DNA of 58,859 nt, counting the filler, from Jimgerdemannia flammicorona (Eukaryota), in assembly GCA_003990765.1 (NCBI GenBank). It is 3 parts of 3 records of this genome, joined end to end, with 100 filler letters (N's around TTAATTAATTAA, not from the genome) between each part and the next. Parts side by side here need not be neighbours in the genome. Positions count along the whole stretch, not along the records: positions 39,311 to 58,859 come from RBNJ01001914.1; 2 more parts are not named here. One strand, 5' to 3'. The notes below the pieces were generated by a model, which was given only the letters and a program-made list of their open reading frames with translations, searched no databases and was not told the DNA's origin. Below, piece after piece: positions 46,901-57,672 of the stretch (position 1 is the first letter of the stretch; each line of letters opens with the position of its first letter). The position numbers were made by a program, and so were the translations under genes.

Positions 46901-49181
46901 CAGGAGTGACTCAAGTTTTAAATAACAGATTTCAAATTCTTTCTTTCTATATGTATATATTAAATTTGAGATTGTGGAGTTTGACTCAGGATTCAGTAAT
47001 TAGAGTTTTGCTATAATATTATACAATTATAAGTTGTTTGAGTCCAGGGCCACAGGGTGGTCTTTATATCTAGGGGTATTTTTTGCTGTATTTTGAACAA
47101 TAACTACAGGTTGAGTATTCTATATGAGGGGTTTTTCTGGAAGAGTTTAGCACCATTCTTCAGCAGATCCTTGGAAGAATGTAATAACTTAATATACATA
47201 AGCTATAGTAGTAGTAAAGAGTTATTCAATAGTGTGGTCTTAGTTATTTATTAAGAGGCGATCAGTAATATACTTATTTGTCTATTGATTGATTTCAAAG
47301 TTAGTATCTATTATACCGATGAAGCTTTAGACCTCTTATACAGTACTATTAAAGATATGTAGACTCAGGCTCTTTATTGGTCAGATCTGTTCAGCTAGGG
47401 TAGTAATAGTTGCTGCCATTATAGCTATCTAGGCTGTGAGATCTAAGATTTATTAGTTTACCATATTATTTACTAGAGATAGTTAAACTGCTATTAATGG
47501 GTTTATTAGTATGACTTAAGATACTGGTGTAGAGTATGATAGTGTTCTTTGAGACTATATAAGTTACTAGAGAACTGTTGTAGATCCGATATAAGGGCTT
47601 GATAGATAACTATCTATTGTTTTGTAGGTATGTTTTATTCTGAGGTTGGTATGTATATCTTCTTTAGCAGTATATGTATCTGAGATCAAATTTAGTGAGA
47701 TACTTCTCTTCTTCTTTGCTTAAGTCTTTGTATAGTTAGGTTTATTCAGCATCAAAGTAGATAGTATCTGTTGTATACCAGATTTCAGATAGATATAAAT
47801 CAAAAGCTAGTTCTAGTTCTACTTTAGATTCAGATAAGATTATAGCTTGGTCTACTTCTGGCTCAGGGTCTGATTATTGATGAAGGGGTTCTCTGGCTTC
47901 TTTTTTAAGAATATAGTAGTTCTTATAATTCTGGAAATAATAGTATAGAGTAGTCTTGATTCTGATATGGTGGTAGTCAGAAGAGTTGAGCCACTTGGCT
48001 ATAGAGACTTATACTTCATAAAGAACTAAGGCTTGAAAGATAGCTACTAGTTGTCCAAGATTACTTGAGGTTATAGAGCTTATATAACTCTTATTGAGAA
48101 GAGTGAAGAAGACTTCTATAAGACCTTCTTCATCTTAACTTATAGGGTATAGAGCAAGGTGTTTATTAAATAGAGTTTCTCTTATCTGTTAATTTAATTA
48201 TAATACTTCTTTATATATGTAAAGCTTGTCCTACTCATTGTAGGCATAGAGGTCTAATTGTCTTTATAATTAGGTTCAATTTGCTCTAGGTTGTCAGATG
48301 GTTCAGAATGAATTCTAGTTCAGTGATTGGGTTTTATACCAACTTATAGGAATTTCTATAGAGAGTTATAACTGAGTAAGGAAGCTTCTTGAAGCAAAAT
48401 TGGATAATAAATCACTACTACTAAGTTATAAGAGGGTACTTTGTTAGAGTCCCATTACTTAGTTCTGAAAGATTATTTTCTTAAGATCAAGATTAATTTC
48501 ATATAGAGTATATTCTCTGTACTTATTGATTTTAAGATTAGGTTAATGACTTAACCCAAAGTCCTTTTTCAGATTTATTCTAAATGTTTAGGATTTTCTA
48601 TATTTCAGAAAGTTTAAGAAACTAAGACTAGCTTAGTTAAATTGGCATATTACTATAGATAATACCTAATTAGAAAATTTTTAGATCTAGTTAAAAGTGG
48701 GATCTAACAAAGTATAGATTTACTTAAAAGTAGTTTGGAGATTATTAAATAGGTTTATTTACTATTTATGATATTGCTATTAGCTAGTACTAGGAGTAGT
48801 GTGTGAAGAGATATTGTGTGGAAAAGTATTCTTGGTTATTTGTATCTATTTAAATCTGAGTTTTTAAGATCTGAGAGAGAGAATATTTATACTAATGGGG
48901 GGCTATCTAGACTATGCTAAATAAGGGTATAAGTATGAACTGTCATGTCAAGAGATCAACTAATTGCTGAGTTAGTATATAGTCATATAGTATAAGGCTA
49001 ATCTAACTATACTATAATAGCTAAGCTATTTATAAGTTAGATACTGTCTGAATACTCTCAATGAGATCACTATTAATAATATTATCTCTGATAAAGTACT
49101 TATCTAGAAAGAGTATTTCTTAGATTATATCTCTCTATTTATTTATATAGTAATATATTGAAACTATATCACTATCTTACA
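43914..49181 (-). mobile_element. older, hypermutated Ty3/Gypsy element D, into whose RNase H region element C inserted
   Basis: Minus-strand relics of RNase H/RT (about 43914-45300; e.g. [14 protein letters not shown]), protease (IDSSVSGNFI, ~45700), gag and an LTR; extremely stop-rich and AT-rich. Confidence 0.75.
48427..49181 (-). repeat. probable 5' LTR of element D (~755 bp) with decayed tRNA-Leu-type PBS at ~48411-48424
   Basis: Termini TATAAGA (from TGTAAGA) and TCTTACA. Adjacent minus-strand TTAGTAGTAGTGAT differs from TTGGTGGCAGCGGT only by G>A/C>T changes. Confidence 0.55.
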
Positions 49182-50050
49182 GGATGGTATTATCTATCTG
49201 ATATACTAGATATAGTATTGATACATATATAGAGAAGGAGTGTATTATCTTCACTTTCATTGGATTTGCTCTTAGCATATCTTTAATAGGTTATGGCTCT
49301 ATATATTATAGAGTTGTAGAAAGCTGGTTACTATTTTTCATATCATTCATACTCAGGAGGTGGGGTTGTTGGTGTGATCTCAAGAATTGTCTGGAGGTAC
49401 AGATTGTATTCTCTAGTCTCTTTATTATAGTTGAAGTAGTCAAGTATAAATGCTCAAAAAATCTTGTATATAGTTATAAAATATTATAAGTTTATTAGTA
49501 AGATTGACAGTGTGATCAGAGTTGATAGAAATCTTTAGCTAGAGGTTATATTAGTATCAGAGAGATCATTGTCTTCTGCTTTATTATTATTGAACTATAT
49601 TATATCATAGATATCTTTTATGGTATATCTAACTTAAAACATTTGTAGGATATAGTCATTTGGATATAAGAAGGATCTGTCTATAGTTTGAACATACTTG
49701 ATATATTTGTGGTTGAGTTCTAGCACTATGTCATCAATTTGGCTATAGCTCAGAGTAGTAACTATTTCAGTATTAATAACTTAGAGGTAGTGATAAAGAT
49801 ACTATACTCATAGAAAAGTTCTAATATTTACAGACAACAAGTTTCTGATATTGAGATATTTCAGTAATATCTATATCATAGTAGTGGTTAATCATATCTT
49901 CTAGGAGGCAGCTCATCTGATAGTAGCTTGAGATTTATCCAATTTAGTAGACCTTACTAAGTATATTTATGACATTTTAACAGACTTCTACAAAATAGAG
50001 GAGTGCTAGGCTGTGGATAATCATGAGAGATAGGGGAGCTATGACTTAGT

Positions 50051-50235
50051 TAGTACTTTTAAACAAATTGAATCAATTCAAATTAAATTGAATTTGGATT
50101 GATTTGAATCAAATCAAATTGGGGATTTTTGTTTTTCAATTGAATTTGAATCAAATTAAATTGAATTGAATTAAGGATTTTTATATTTGAATTGAATTCA
50201 TATTGAATTGAATATCAATTCGAGATTCTCAATAG
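50051..50235. repeat. AATTGAATT/TCAAATT short-repeat field, likely the subterminal region of a decayed DNA transposon; similar field at 57820-58150
   Basis: Dense 5-9-nt repeats consistent with CpG-decayed AATCGAAT units, on both sides of element B. Confidence 0.5.
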
Positions 50236-50301
50236 CTTATATCATGAAGTAATCAGTTCTTTATTTGAAAGATACATCACTTGAAATTCACACATAAATA
50301 T

Positions 50302-50738
50302 TGTAACATAGCGGATGCTAAGGTGGGCAAGTACATCAGATTTCTTTATCTTGAATTCTTGTCTTCTTGACTCCTAGAGTCAGTAGTTCCTTGAGGCCAA
50401 ATGTGTTCTAAGAGGTAATCCCGAAAGTCCCTTTATTGGTATACTTGTTCTTCTTCTAACACTGTTGATCTGAGGTTTATTCACTCGAAGATACTGGGTT
50501 ATTTATACAAGTTTGCTAGCTATGAGATGGCTACTGAGTTACGTGGCTAAGTTATGAGTCATTTAGACAATGTCAAAATGCTATACTAAATCAGGGTGTT
50601 CGATTTGGACAATGTCTAGAAATTTAGACAATATCAAAATCAGCGACTGCTAACTATAAAACTATACTACTTTGGGAATGGGTGCGATCAAGTATCTATT
50701 CCCTATTTCCATCTTCCTAATTCGGCTATACTATCACA
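50302..50738 (-). repeat. 3' LTR of element B (437 bp)
   Basis: TG..CA termini; matches 56492-56886; preceded on the minus strand by a PPT at ~50740-50748. Confidence 0.95.
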
Positions 50739-50787
50739 ACTTCCTCCTGAATAGATGGTCTCGTCTCTGAGACATCTATTCAAACTC

Positions 50788-51237
50788 CTATGCTTCGACT
50801 GTCTGTATGGTTTTGTACTGTTCAATCTGTTGCATGACTGTCTCCCAATGATGTCTCCTTATTTTATCGAAGTCGGTAGGGGTTACTCCTCACAGGTGGG
50901 CTAATGCTGATTTATCATCTTGAAATAGCTTGTGGATCCTTTTGGCAATAGTGATCTGTGAGTAGGAGAGTTGGCACTCTGCGATCCAGTCTTCTTTGGT
51001 CTTTGCTGAATCCTGGTTGAGCACCCATCTAAGCTTGAAGTACTCTTGGAACTCTGCCCGATATTGGTAGGCACTAAAATGTGAGATCTGAGAGAGATGA
51101 GTCTGCACAATACTCTGAATATCCTTATAGTATGCCTCTATGGTCAGAGGCTTGGTGGTGTGCCATTGTCTTTCAATAGCCCTTTGTGTAGTACTAGTGA
51201 TCTTGAGTGCCACTGCAGTGCTCCAGTTATTGGCCAT
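50788..51237 (-). pseudogene. ORF3 accessory gene of element B (env position), one internal TGA (probably CGA)
   Basis: MANNWSTAVALK...TIAKRIHKLFQDDKSALAHL*GVTPTDFDKIRRHHWETVMQQIE; homologous to the LTR ORF of element A. Confidence 0.7.
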
Positions 51238-52420
51238 GGTACTTCTTGAGTCAGTTTTGGTAAATGGTAGTGGGGATTATTGTGCCTGAGGGCTTTCGTA
51301 GTTGGAAAGTGGTCCCTTTTATATCTTGCACCAGGTAAGGTCCTTCCCATTTAGGCTCCAGTTTTCGCGACCAAGAAGCTTCTACTATATTCCAATATAC
51401 CAGAACTTCATCTCCTATCTTGATAATCTCCAGGGGCTTGTGGGTTTTTTCTGCATTGCTCCATTATAGTGCCTGTGCCTTGATTATATAATCTTCTGCC
51501 TTTTTCCTAATTTGATGCAATCTCTGTATCTCCGTATCCACATGCTTCCAGATTGTATCATTACCTGCTGACAAACTTCCACCAGAACCTTCTTTACTGA
51601 ATAGCATTTCTCGTGGTGTAAAATGGGTACTTTGTGATCATATATCCAATAGAGTAGATAATGCTATTGGTAGATAGTGGTCCCAGTTTCCATATTCATC
51701 ACAGATCTTGGCAATGATGTTCTTGAGGGTCTTATTGATTCTTTCTGCTTGCCTGTTTCCTTGTGGGTGATAGGCTGTGGTTTTGATGTACTGGATCTTG
51801 TACTTCTTGTAAAGAACCTCATGGAACTGGTTGACGAATTCTGTTCCTCTGTCTGTAGTAACTTGCTTTGGGGTCTTGAATCGGCAGATGATTTCTCTAT
51901 GAAAGAAATCGGCAATTGACTGTGCATTGGCTTCCTTGAGGGGTCTGGCCTCTACCTATTTTGTAAATAGATCTACTATTACAATGACATATCGGTTGCC
52001 AGTCAATGTCAGGGATAGAGGGCCAATTACATCCATTGTGATGTGGGCAAATGGTATTGGTTTGATGTCTGCTGATCCAGGGGTTTGATCCTGTTGGTCT
52101 TGTTTCTGTTTCTGGCATTTGTCACAGGTTCTGACAAATTGTCTGATATCTTCTTCCATTCCAGCCCACCACATGGTTCTTCTCACTTTGTTATATATAT
52201 TTGTTCCTCCTACATGACCTTGTTCATGTACCTCTTTTATCACTTGGTTCTTCCAGTGCTCAGGGATGACTAATTGTTGTCCTTTCTTGAGTATTTCTCT
52301 ATCAGTTTTGAATTGTTTCCATGTCCGATTAATAATTGTTTTTGTCCATTCTTCTAGATGCAGGGGCATCTTTTGCTGCCCCAGGTAGCTGATGATTCCA
52401 TAGTACAGCTCTTTATTCAT
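51227..52420 (-). pseudogene. integrase of element B, separate ORF with its own ATG
   Basis: MNKELYYGIISYL..HEQGHVG..WWAGM..CDKCQ; TMDVIGPL; KLEPKWEGPY; +1 frame relative to RNase H. Confidence 0.9.
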
Positions 52421-55400
52421 GGTGATTTTGTAGGGGTGGGGTCCTTCGGGGTGTCTGTGAGAGGGTGTCAGCATTGGCATTGATTTTTCCAGGGCGGTGG
52501 ATGATTGTGGCATCATATGCTTGCAGCTTCATGATCCATCGGGCATAGATTCCTTTGGGCTCACTGGTAGTGAGCAACCAAGTGAGTGCTGAGTAGTCTG
52601 TCTGAATGGTGAAGTGCCTTTCAGTCAGATAGTAGTGAAACTTCTCTACAGCCCAGATGACTGTAAGGCATTCCAGCTTATAAGACTCATAGGACTGCTC
52701 TGCCCCACAAGTACCTTGGCTGAGATAGGCTACCACGTATTCAATGCCATTCTTCTTTTGTGTAAAGACAGCTCCAAGTCCCATTGCACTGACATCCATC
52801 TGCAGAATAAACTCTTGAGTCCAGTCAGGTCTTCTCAGGATTGGAGCCTGGGTCAATCTGGTCTTAAGCTCATCAAAGGCTAGTTGCTGCTGCTGAGTCT
52901 ACTGGAACTGACCTCTTTTCTGAACAGATCATAGATAGGACTGGCAATGTGGGAGAACCTTCTGATAAATCTTCTGTAGTAGGATGCAAGTCCCATGAAG
53001 GCTCGGGCTTCAGTGGTACTGGTAGGTACTGGGTATGCTGCTACTGCCTTGATCATTGTAGGGTCTGTATGTATTCCTTCATGGTTGATGATGTGTCCAA
53101 GGTATGCAATTTCTTCTTCTCCAAACTTGCATTTCTTAGGCTTGATATAGAGGCCATGTTTGTGAAGCCTTCTGAGGATTTCCTCAATGTAGCCCAAGTG
53201 TTCTTTGGCTGTTTGGCTGAAGATGATCACATAATCTACATATACCATCATCCATTTCTCCATAACATCTCTGAAGATACTGTTCATCATTCGCTGGAAG
53301 CTTGCTGGTACATTGCACATTCCAAAGGGCATGCGGAGATAGACATAGGTTCTATCGGGGGTAATGAAGGCTGATCTTTTGCTGGCTTCAGGTGTAAGGC
53401 CGATTTGGTAGAATCCTGAGAACAGATCCAGGGTGGTGTAGAATCGTGATTCATTCCCCAGTATGATAAGAATATCGCCAATGTTCGGCAATGGTTGTCT
53501 GTCCTTTTCTGTGACCTCGTTGAGTCTTCTATAGTCTGTACAGAGTCTTGGTGTAAATTCTCCTGGTTGGCTTCCCTTCTTTGATGCAAGGATGATGGGA
53601 GAGGACCAAGGGCTGCTGGCTTCTTCAATGATGCCAGATTCCTCCATCTCCTTGATTTCTGTCTTGAGCCATTCTCTGTATGCCAGTGGAATGGGGCAGG
53701 CCTTCTGATAGATTGGCTTTGCATCTCCAGTATTGATGTCATGACAATACAAGGGTTTCTTGGTCTTGATGTCCTTGAAATCCGTGGCCAGTATATCCTT
53801 GAATGTATGCAAGAGGCTCTGTAATTCTTCCCTGAGGGGGTAGTTTCTTCCGATTGTGTAGGTGTGTTTGTCTTGGCTTTCCTCCTTCTTGTGCTCCAAT
53901 TCTGTAATTTTAGTTACTGTGAGGACTCCTCTTCCTGTAGAGCCGAATCCAGCTCTTCCTCATTGAGTTTGCCTGATGTTTGCGACCTCCTTGATTCTTG
54001 GATTAAGGACAGGTAGGATGAGCATTTGCGCCAGCCGATCCTTCTTTCTTACTTCGAATGGGATTGTTGGGTTGTGGTTCCTGGTGAGGAGAAGGATTTC
54101 TCCAGTATAATCTGAATCGATGACTCCTCCTTCTATAGATATTTTGCTCTTTGCCAGGCTGCTCCTTGTCTTGAGGATTCCAACATGGTTTGGCAGGATG
54201 GCTACTTCAATTCCTGTTCCTAGAATGGTGGTGGTCTGCAGTTCAAGTATTGTGTGTGTTGTAGTGGATAGGTCCATTTCTGCTGCATTCTCCGATTTGT
54301 ATTGTGGCATGACTGCATTAGGGTAGATTCTTCATATCTTGACTGTGATGTCTTCTTCATCATCGCTGTCATCCAATAGTTATGGTGGTCCATCTTCTGG
54401 TTCCTCCTGGTTCTTCTTTGGCTTGTTGGTGATCTTCTTCACCTCAATGATACAGGAGTAGCAGCAATCCAAGTGCTGGGCACAGTACATTCTTTCACCA
54501 TAGGGGCACCTTCCTAGTGGGGCATATCCATCTGCGATTCTTGTATACCATTCTTCCTCTGTCAATTGCTTGTCTTTTCCTTTCTTTATAGTAAACATAT
54601 AGGCTTCTTCTTCTTGGTCTTCCTCCATCTTGGGGCGGACTCCTTTGTGGACATTGATGGGAATTCTGATCTTCTTTCCCTGGTAAATGATCTGCATCTT
54701 CTGTGCACTGAGGTCAATCATTGCCTTGGCTTTATGAAGCCATTGATTGCCGATGAGGATATCATAGTTGGTTGCATTGGTGACGATGACATCCACAGGG
54801 ATAGTGGCCTCTCTGAACTTGATTGGTATATCTCAGATTTTTCCCAAGGGTGTTGCTTGTGTCCCATCAGCTGTGACAAACACCAATTTGGTGGCTTCTT
54901 CTATCTCCCAACCTAGGCGGTCTACTGCTTTCTTGGTGATGAGACATCCTCCTGCTCCTGTATCAATGATGGCTTCAAAGACCCAGTCCTTGATCTGGCA
55001 GGTAGCATAGGCTGATGTTTTCCGGTTATCTTCACTCTCTTCATCTGAATCTTCTTGAGCATTGTTGGCTTCAATTATTCTGTAATCTTGGTCTTTGCCG
55101 ATGTCTGAGATTCCTGTCCTCATTTGTTGTCTGAATGTTAGGATTTCAGCCAGCTGGCCAAAGGTTGCATTGACCTTTTGGTCCTTGAGGTCCTTGAAGA
55201 TGTCATACTTGAAGGTCTTGCTCTTGTGCAGTTTCTGCTCCTTCTTTCCTTTGCTTGATGGGGTAGTATTTCGAATAATATCTTCTACTGCTTGCTCCAG
55301 TTCAGCATCTTGTTCCAGCTCCATATCTTGATCAGCTTTGCTCTGTTGGTTCTCTTTTTCGATGACTGTTTCTGGTTGTCTTATTTGTGTCTGGGCCTTC

Positions 55401-56392
55401 TTAGGAGGTCTCCCTGGAGATCTTTTGTAGGGACTGGATCAGACATCCTTCTTGCCTGAGGTGGCAGGATAAGCTTCCCATTCCTCCCTCTCTTCCTCAG
55501 ATTCTCTAATCTCCTTGAAGGTGATAGTGTTTGCCTGCTCATGGTTTCTGATTGCATTGCTTGGATTGGCCTTTTGCTTGGTTTCTGTCATGCATTTGGA
55601 GGCATAGTGGCCTTCTTCTCTGTAATTGTAGCATGTTATTGATCATCTTGCATTTGTAGTGGCAAACTTCTGTACTGGCTTCTTCTTGAATTCCTTGACT
55701 ACATCACTGAGGTGTGCTATCATTTCCACGAACTGCTTGGCCAGTTCCTTCATTGGGTCGACCCTTCTCTGGTCTTGTGGTTGCAGTTGTGTATTCTGGT
55801 TGACTATGGTAGCCAGGATTGTATTGGTGACTCTTGGTGCTTGTTTGATTTTTACTCCGGTTATCCTTTCCATTGTATGGCCTTGAGGGTGTCTGGCAGT
55901 CCAGTATCTTTGGGCATAGGTAACCTTCTGTCCCAGGTCCAGTGGTGTTGGGGTAGATCGAATGGCTAAAGCAATTTCTTGGTGAATGCCTTTCATAAAG
56001 ATATTCTCAGCCACTTGGTCTTGAACTGCATCGGGGTAGTCAGCAAGGACTATTTGATGTTGGATTCTTGTATAGAATGTATTTGGGTCTTCAGACATTC
56101 CTTGGCAGATAGTATTCAGTTGATCTTTGAGTGCCTGTTTGATTTCGTCTGTATAGTAGGTTGCTTGGAGCCAGGTCTTGAAGGCCAGGATTCTTGCTGG
56201 ATCATCAGCTCCTTGTACATTAGCTGTAGTAAATACGGTTCTTGCTGGGCCTCGGAGGCTCACAGGGAGTAGGGCTACTTGTTGTGCTGCCGATAAGGTT
56301 CTTACAGCAGCATACTGCTCGAAATCATCAATGAAGGTGATGATTGATTCATCCGAAGTATATCCATGGAATATGGGTGGTCTCATATCCAT
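52413..56392 (-). pseudogene. gag-protease-Cys motif-dUTPase-RT-RNase H polyprotein of element B
   Basis: Fragments 56392, 55324, 54796, 54310 and 53899 are in one frame. AIIDTGAG; dUTPase 53930-54340 (TRSSLA, GGVIDSDYTGEI, GFGSTG); RT MPFGMCN..YVD(Y); RNase H FILQMDVS..KLECLTVIWAV; one decay frameshift near 52910. Confidence 0.93.
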
Positions 56393-56472
56393 TCTGTCTG
56401 ATTGTGTTGTGTGGGTTCTCGTTGTGGTTGTTCATTGTTCAGCTTGAAAGTGAGGGATTCATCTTGAATCAC

Positions 56473-56488
56473 CAGCCAATGGACACCA
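56473..56488 (-). other. candidate primer-binding site of element B (same position in C at ~43419-43434)
   Basis: TGGTG(T/C)CCATTGGCTG 3 nt inside the 5' LTR; cognate tRNA not identified. Confidence 0.5.
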
Positions 56489-56491
56489 AGT

Positions 56492-56886
56492 TGTAATGTA
56501 GCAGATGCTAAGGTGGGCAAGTACGTCAGATTTCTTTATCTTGAATTCTTGTCTTCTTGACTCCCAGAGTCAGTAGTTCCTTGAGGTCAAATGTGTTTTA
56601 AGAGATAATCCTGAAAGTCCCTTTATTGGTATACTTGTTCATTTTCTAACACTTTTGATCTGAGGTTTATTCACTCAAAGATACTGGGTTATTTATACAA
56701 GTTTGCTAGCTATGAGATAGCTACTGAGTTATGTGGCTAAGTTATGAGTCATTTAGACAATTTCTAGAAATTTAGACAATGTCAAAATTGGCAACTACTA
56801 ACTATAAAACTATACTACTTTGGGAATGGGTGTGATCAAATGTCTATTCCCTATTTCCTTCTTTCTAATTTGGCTATACCATCACA
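56492..56886 (-). repeat. 5' LTR of element B (395 bp; 42 bp shorter than the 3' LTR)
   Basis: TG..CA termini; the deletion falls between TT(A/G)GACAAT direct repeats. Confidence 0.95.
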
Positions 56887-57173
56887 ATATATAGAAATTT
56901 CCACCTAACTGAAATTCATACATATATAACTGATATATATTATCAAAATTCTCATACATATATATAACCCTGGTCCTGATCTTGGTCTCCACTATGTCTG
57001 GCTATAGTAGTAGCTATCTAGTAAGTATTAATATATAATATCTTTTTTAGCAGAAGATCAGAGATCAATAGATTGAGTTATTGATAGATTTTGAGAAGAG
57101 TATGAAATATTTTCCTATATCTTCTATAATTGTTATAACTTATATAAGATTGATCTTTAGTTTTTAGATAGAT

Positions 57174-57672
57174 AGTAGCTTGGGTAGTAGCTTGGGCTTA
57201 GGCAGCAGCTTGGGCTTGGACAGTAGCTTGGGCTTAAACAGTGGCTTAGGCTTGGACAGCAGCTTGGACTTAGGTTGCAGCTTGGGCTTGGGTAGCTGCT
57301 TGGGCTTGAGTAGTAACTTGGGTTTCAGCAGTAACTTGGGCTTGAGTGGCAGCTTGGGATTAGGCAGTGGCTTGGGCTTAGGTAGCAGCTTAGACTTAGA
57401 TAGTGATGAGGGCTTGGATAGTAGCTTGGGCTAGAGCAGTGGCTTGGGTTTGGGTAGTGGCTTGGGTGATAGCTTTGGCTTGAGTGATAGCTTGGGCTTA
57501 GGCAGTAGCTTGGACTTAGATGGTAGCTTGGGTAGTAGTAGTAGCTTGGGCTTTGGTGGTGGCTTGGGCTTAAGCAACAGCTTGAGCTTAGATAGTGGCT
57601 TTGGCTTGGGTGGGGGCTTGGGCTAGGATGGTGGTGGCTTAGACTTGGGTGGTAGCTTGGGCTTAGGTAGTA
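57174..57672 (-). repeat. 18-bp minisatellite (GGCAGCGGCTTGGGCTTG-like), probably a decayed Pro-rich coding tract
   Basis: More than 20 imperfect copies built from 6-bp GGCTTG/GGCAGC subunits. Confidence 0.8.

Larger units (their letters stand above)
50302..56886 (-). mobile_element. Ty3/Gypsy LTR retrotransposon B (6.6 kb, dUTPase-encoding, extra ORF3), full length but inactivated
   Basis: LTR pair, TSD ATAT (50298-50301 / 56887-56890), PBS-like TGGTGTCCA and PPT AGGAGGAAG; all pol domains present. Confidence 0.95.

Noticed and set aside
52880..52925. Frame change between RT and RNase H in element B as a programmed frameshift
   Set aside because: Element C reads KFQWT through the same spot in frame and A is also continuous; it is a one-base decay deletion.
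57180..57626. Gly/Leu/Ser-rich plus-strand ORFs
   Set aside because: Antisense reading of the 18-bp minisatellite; no independent gene evidence.
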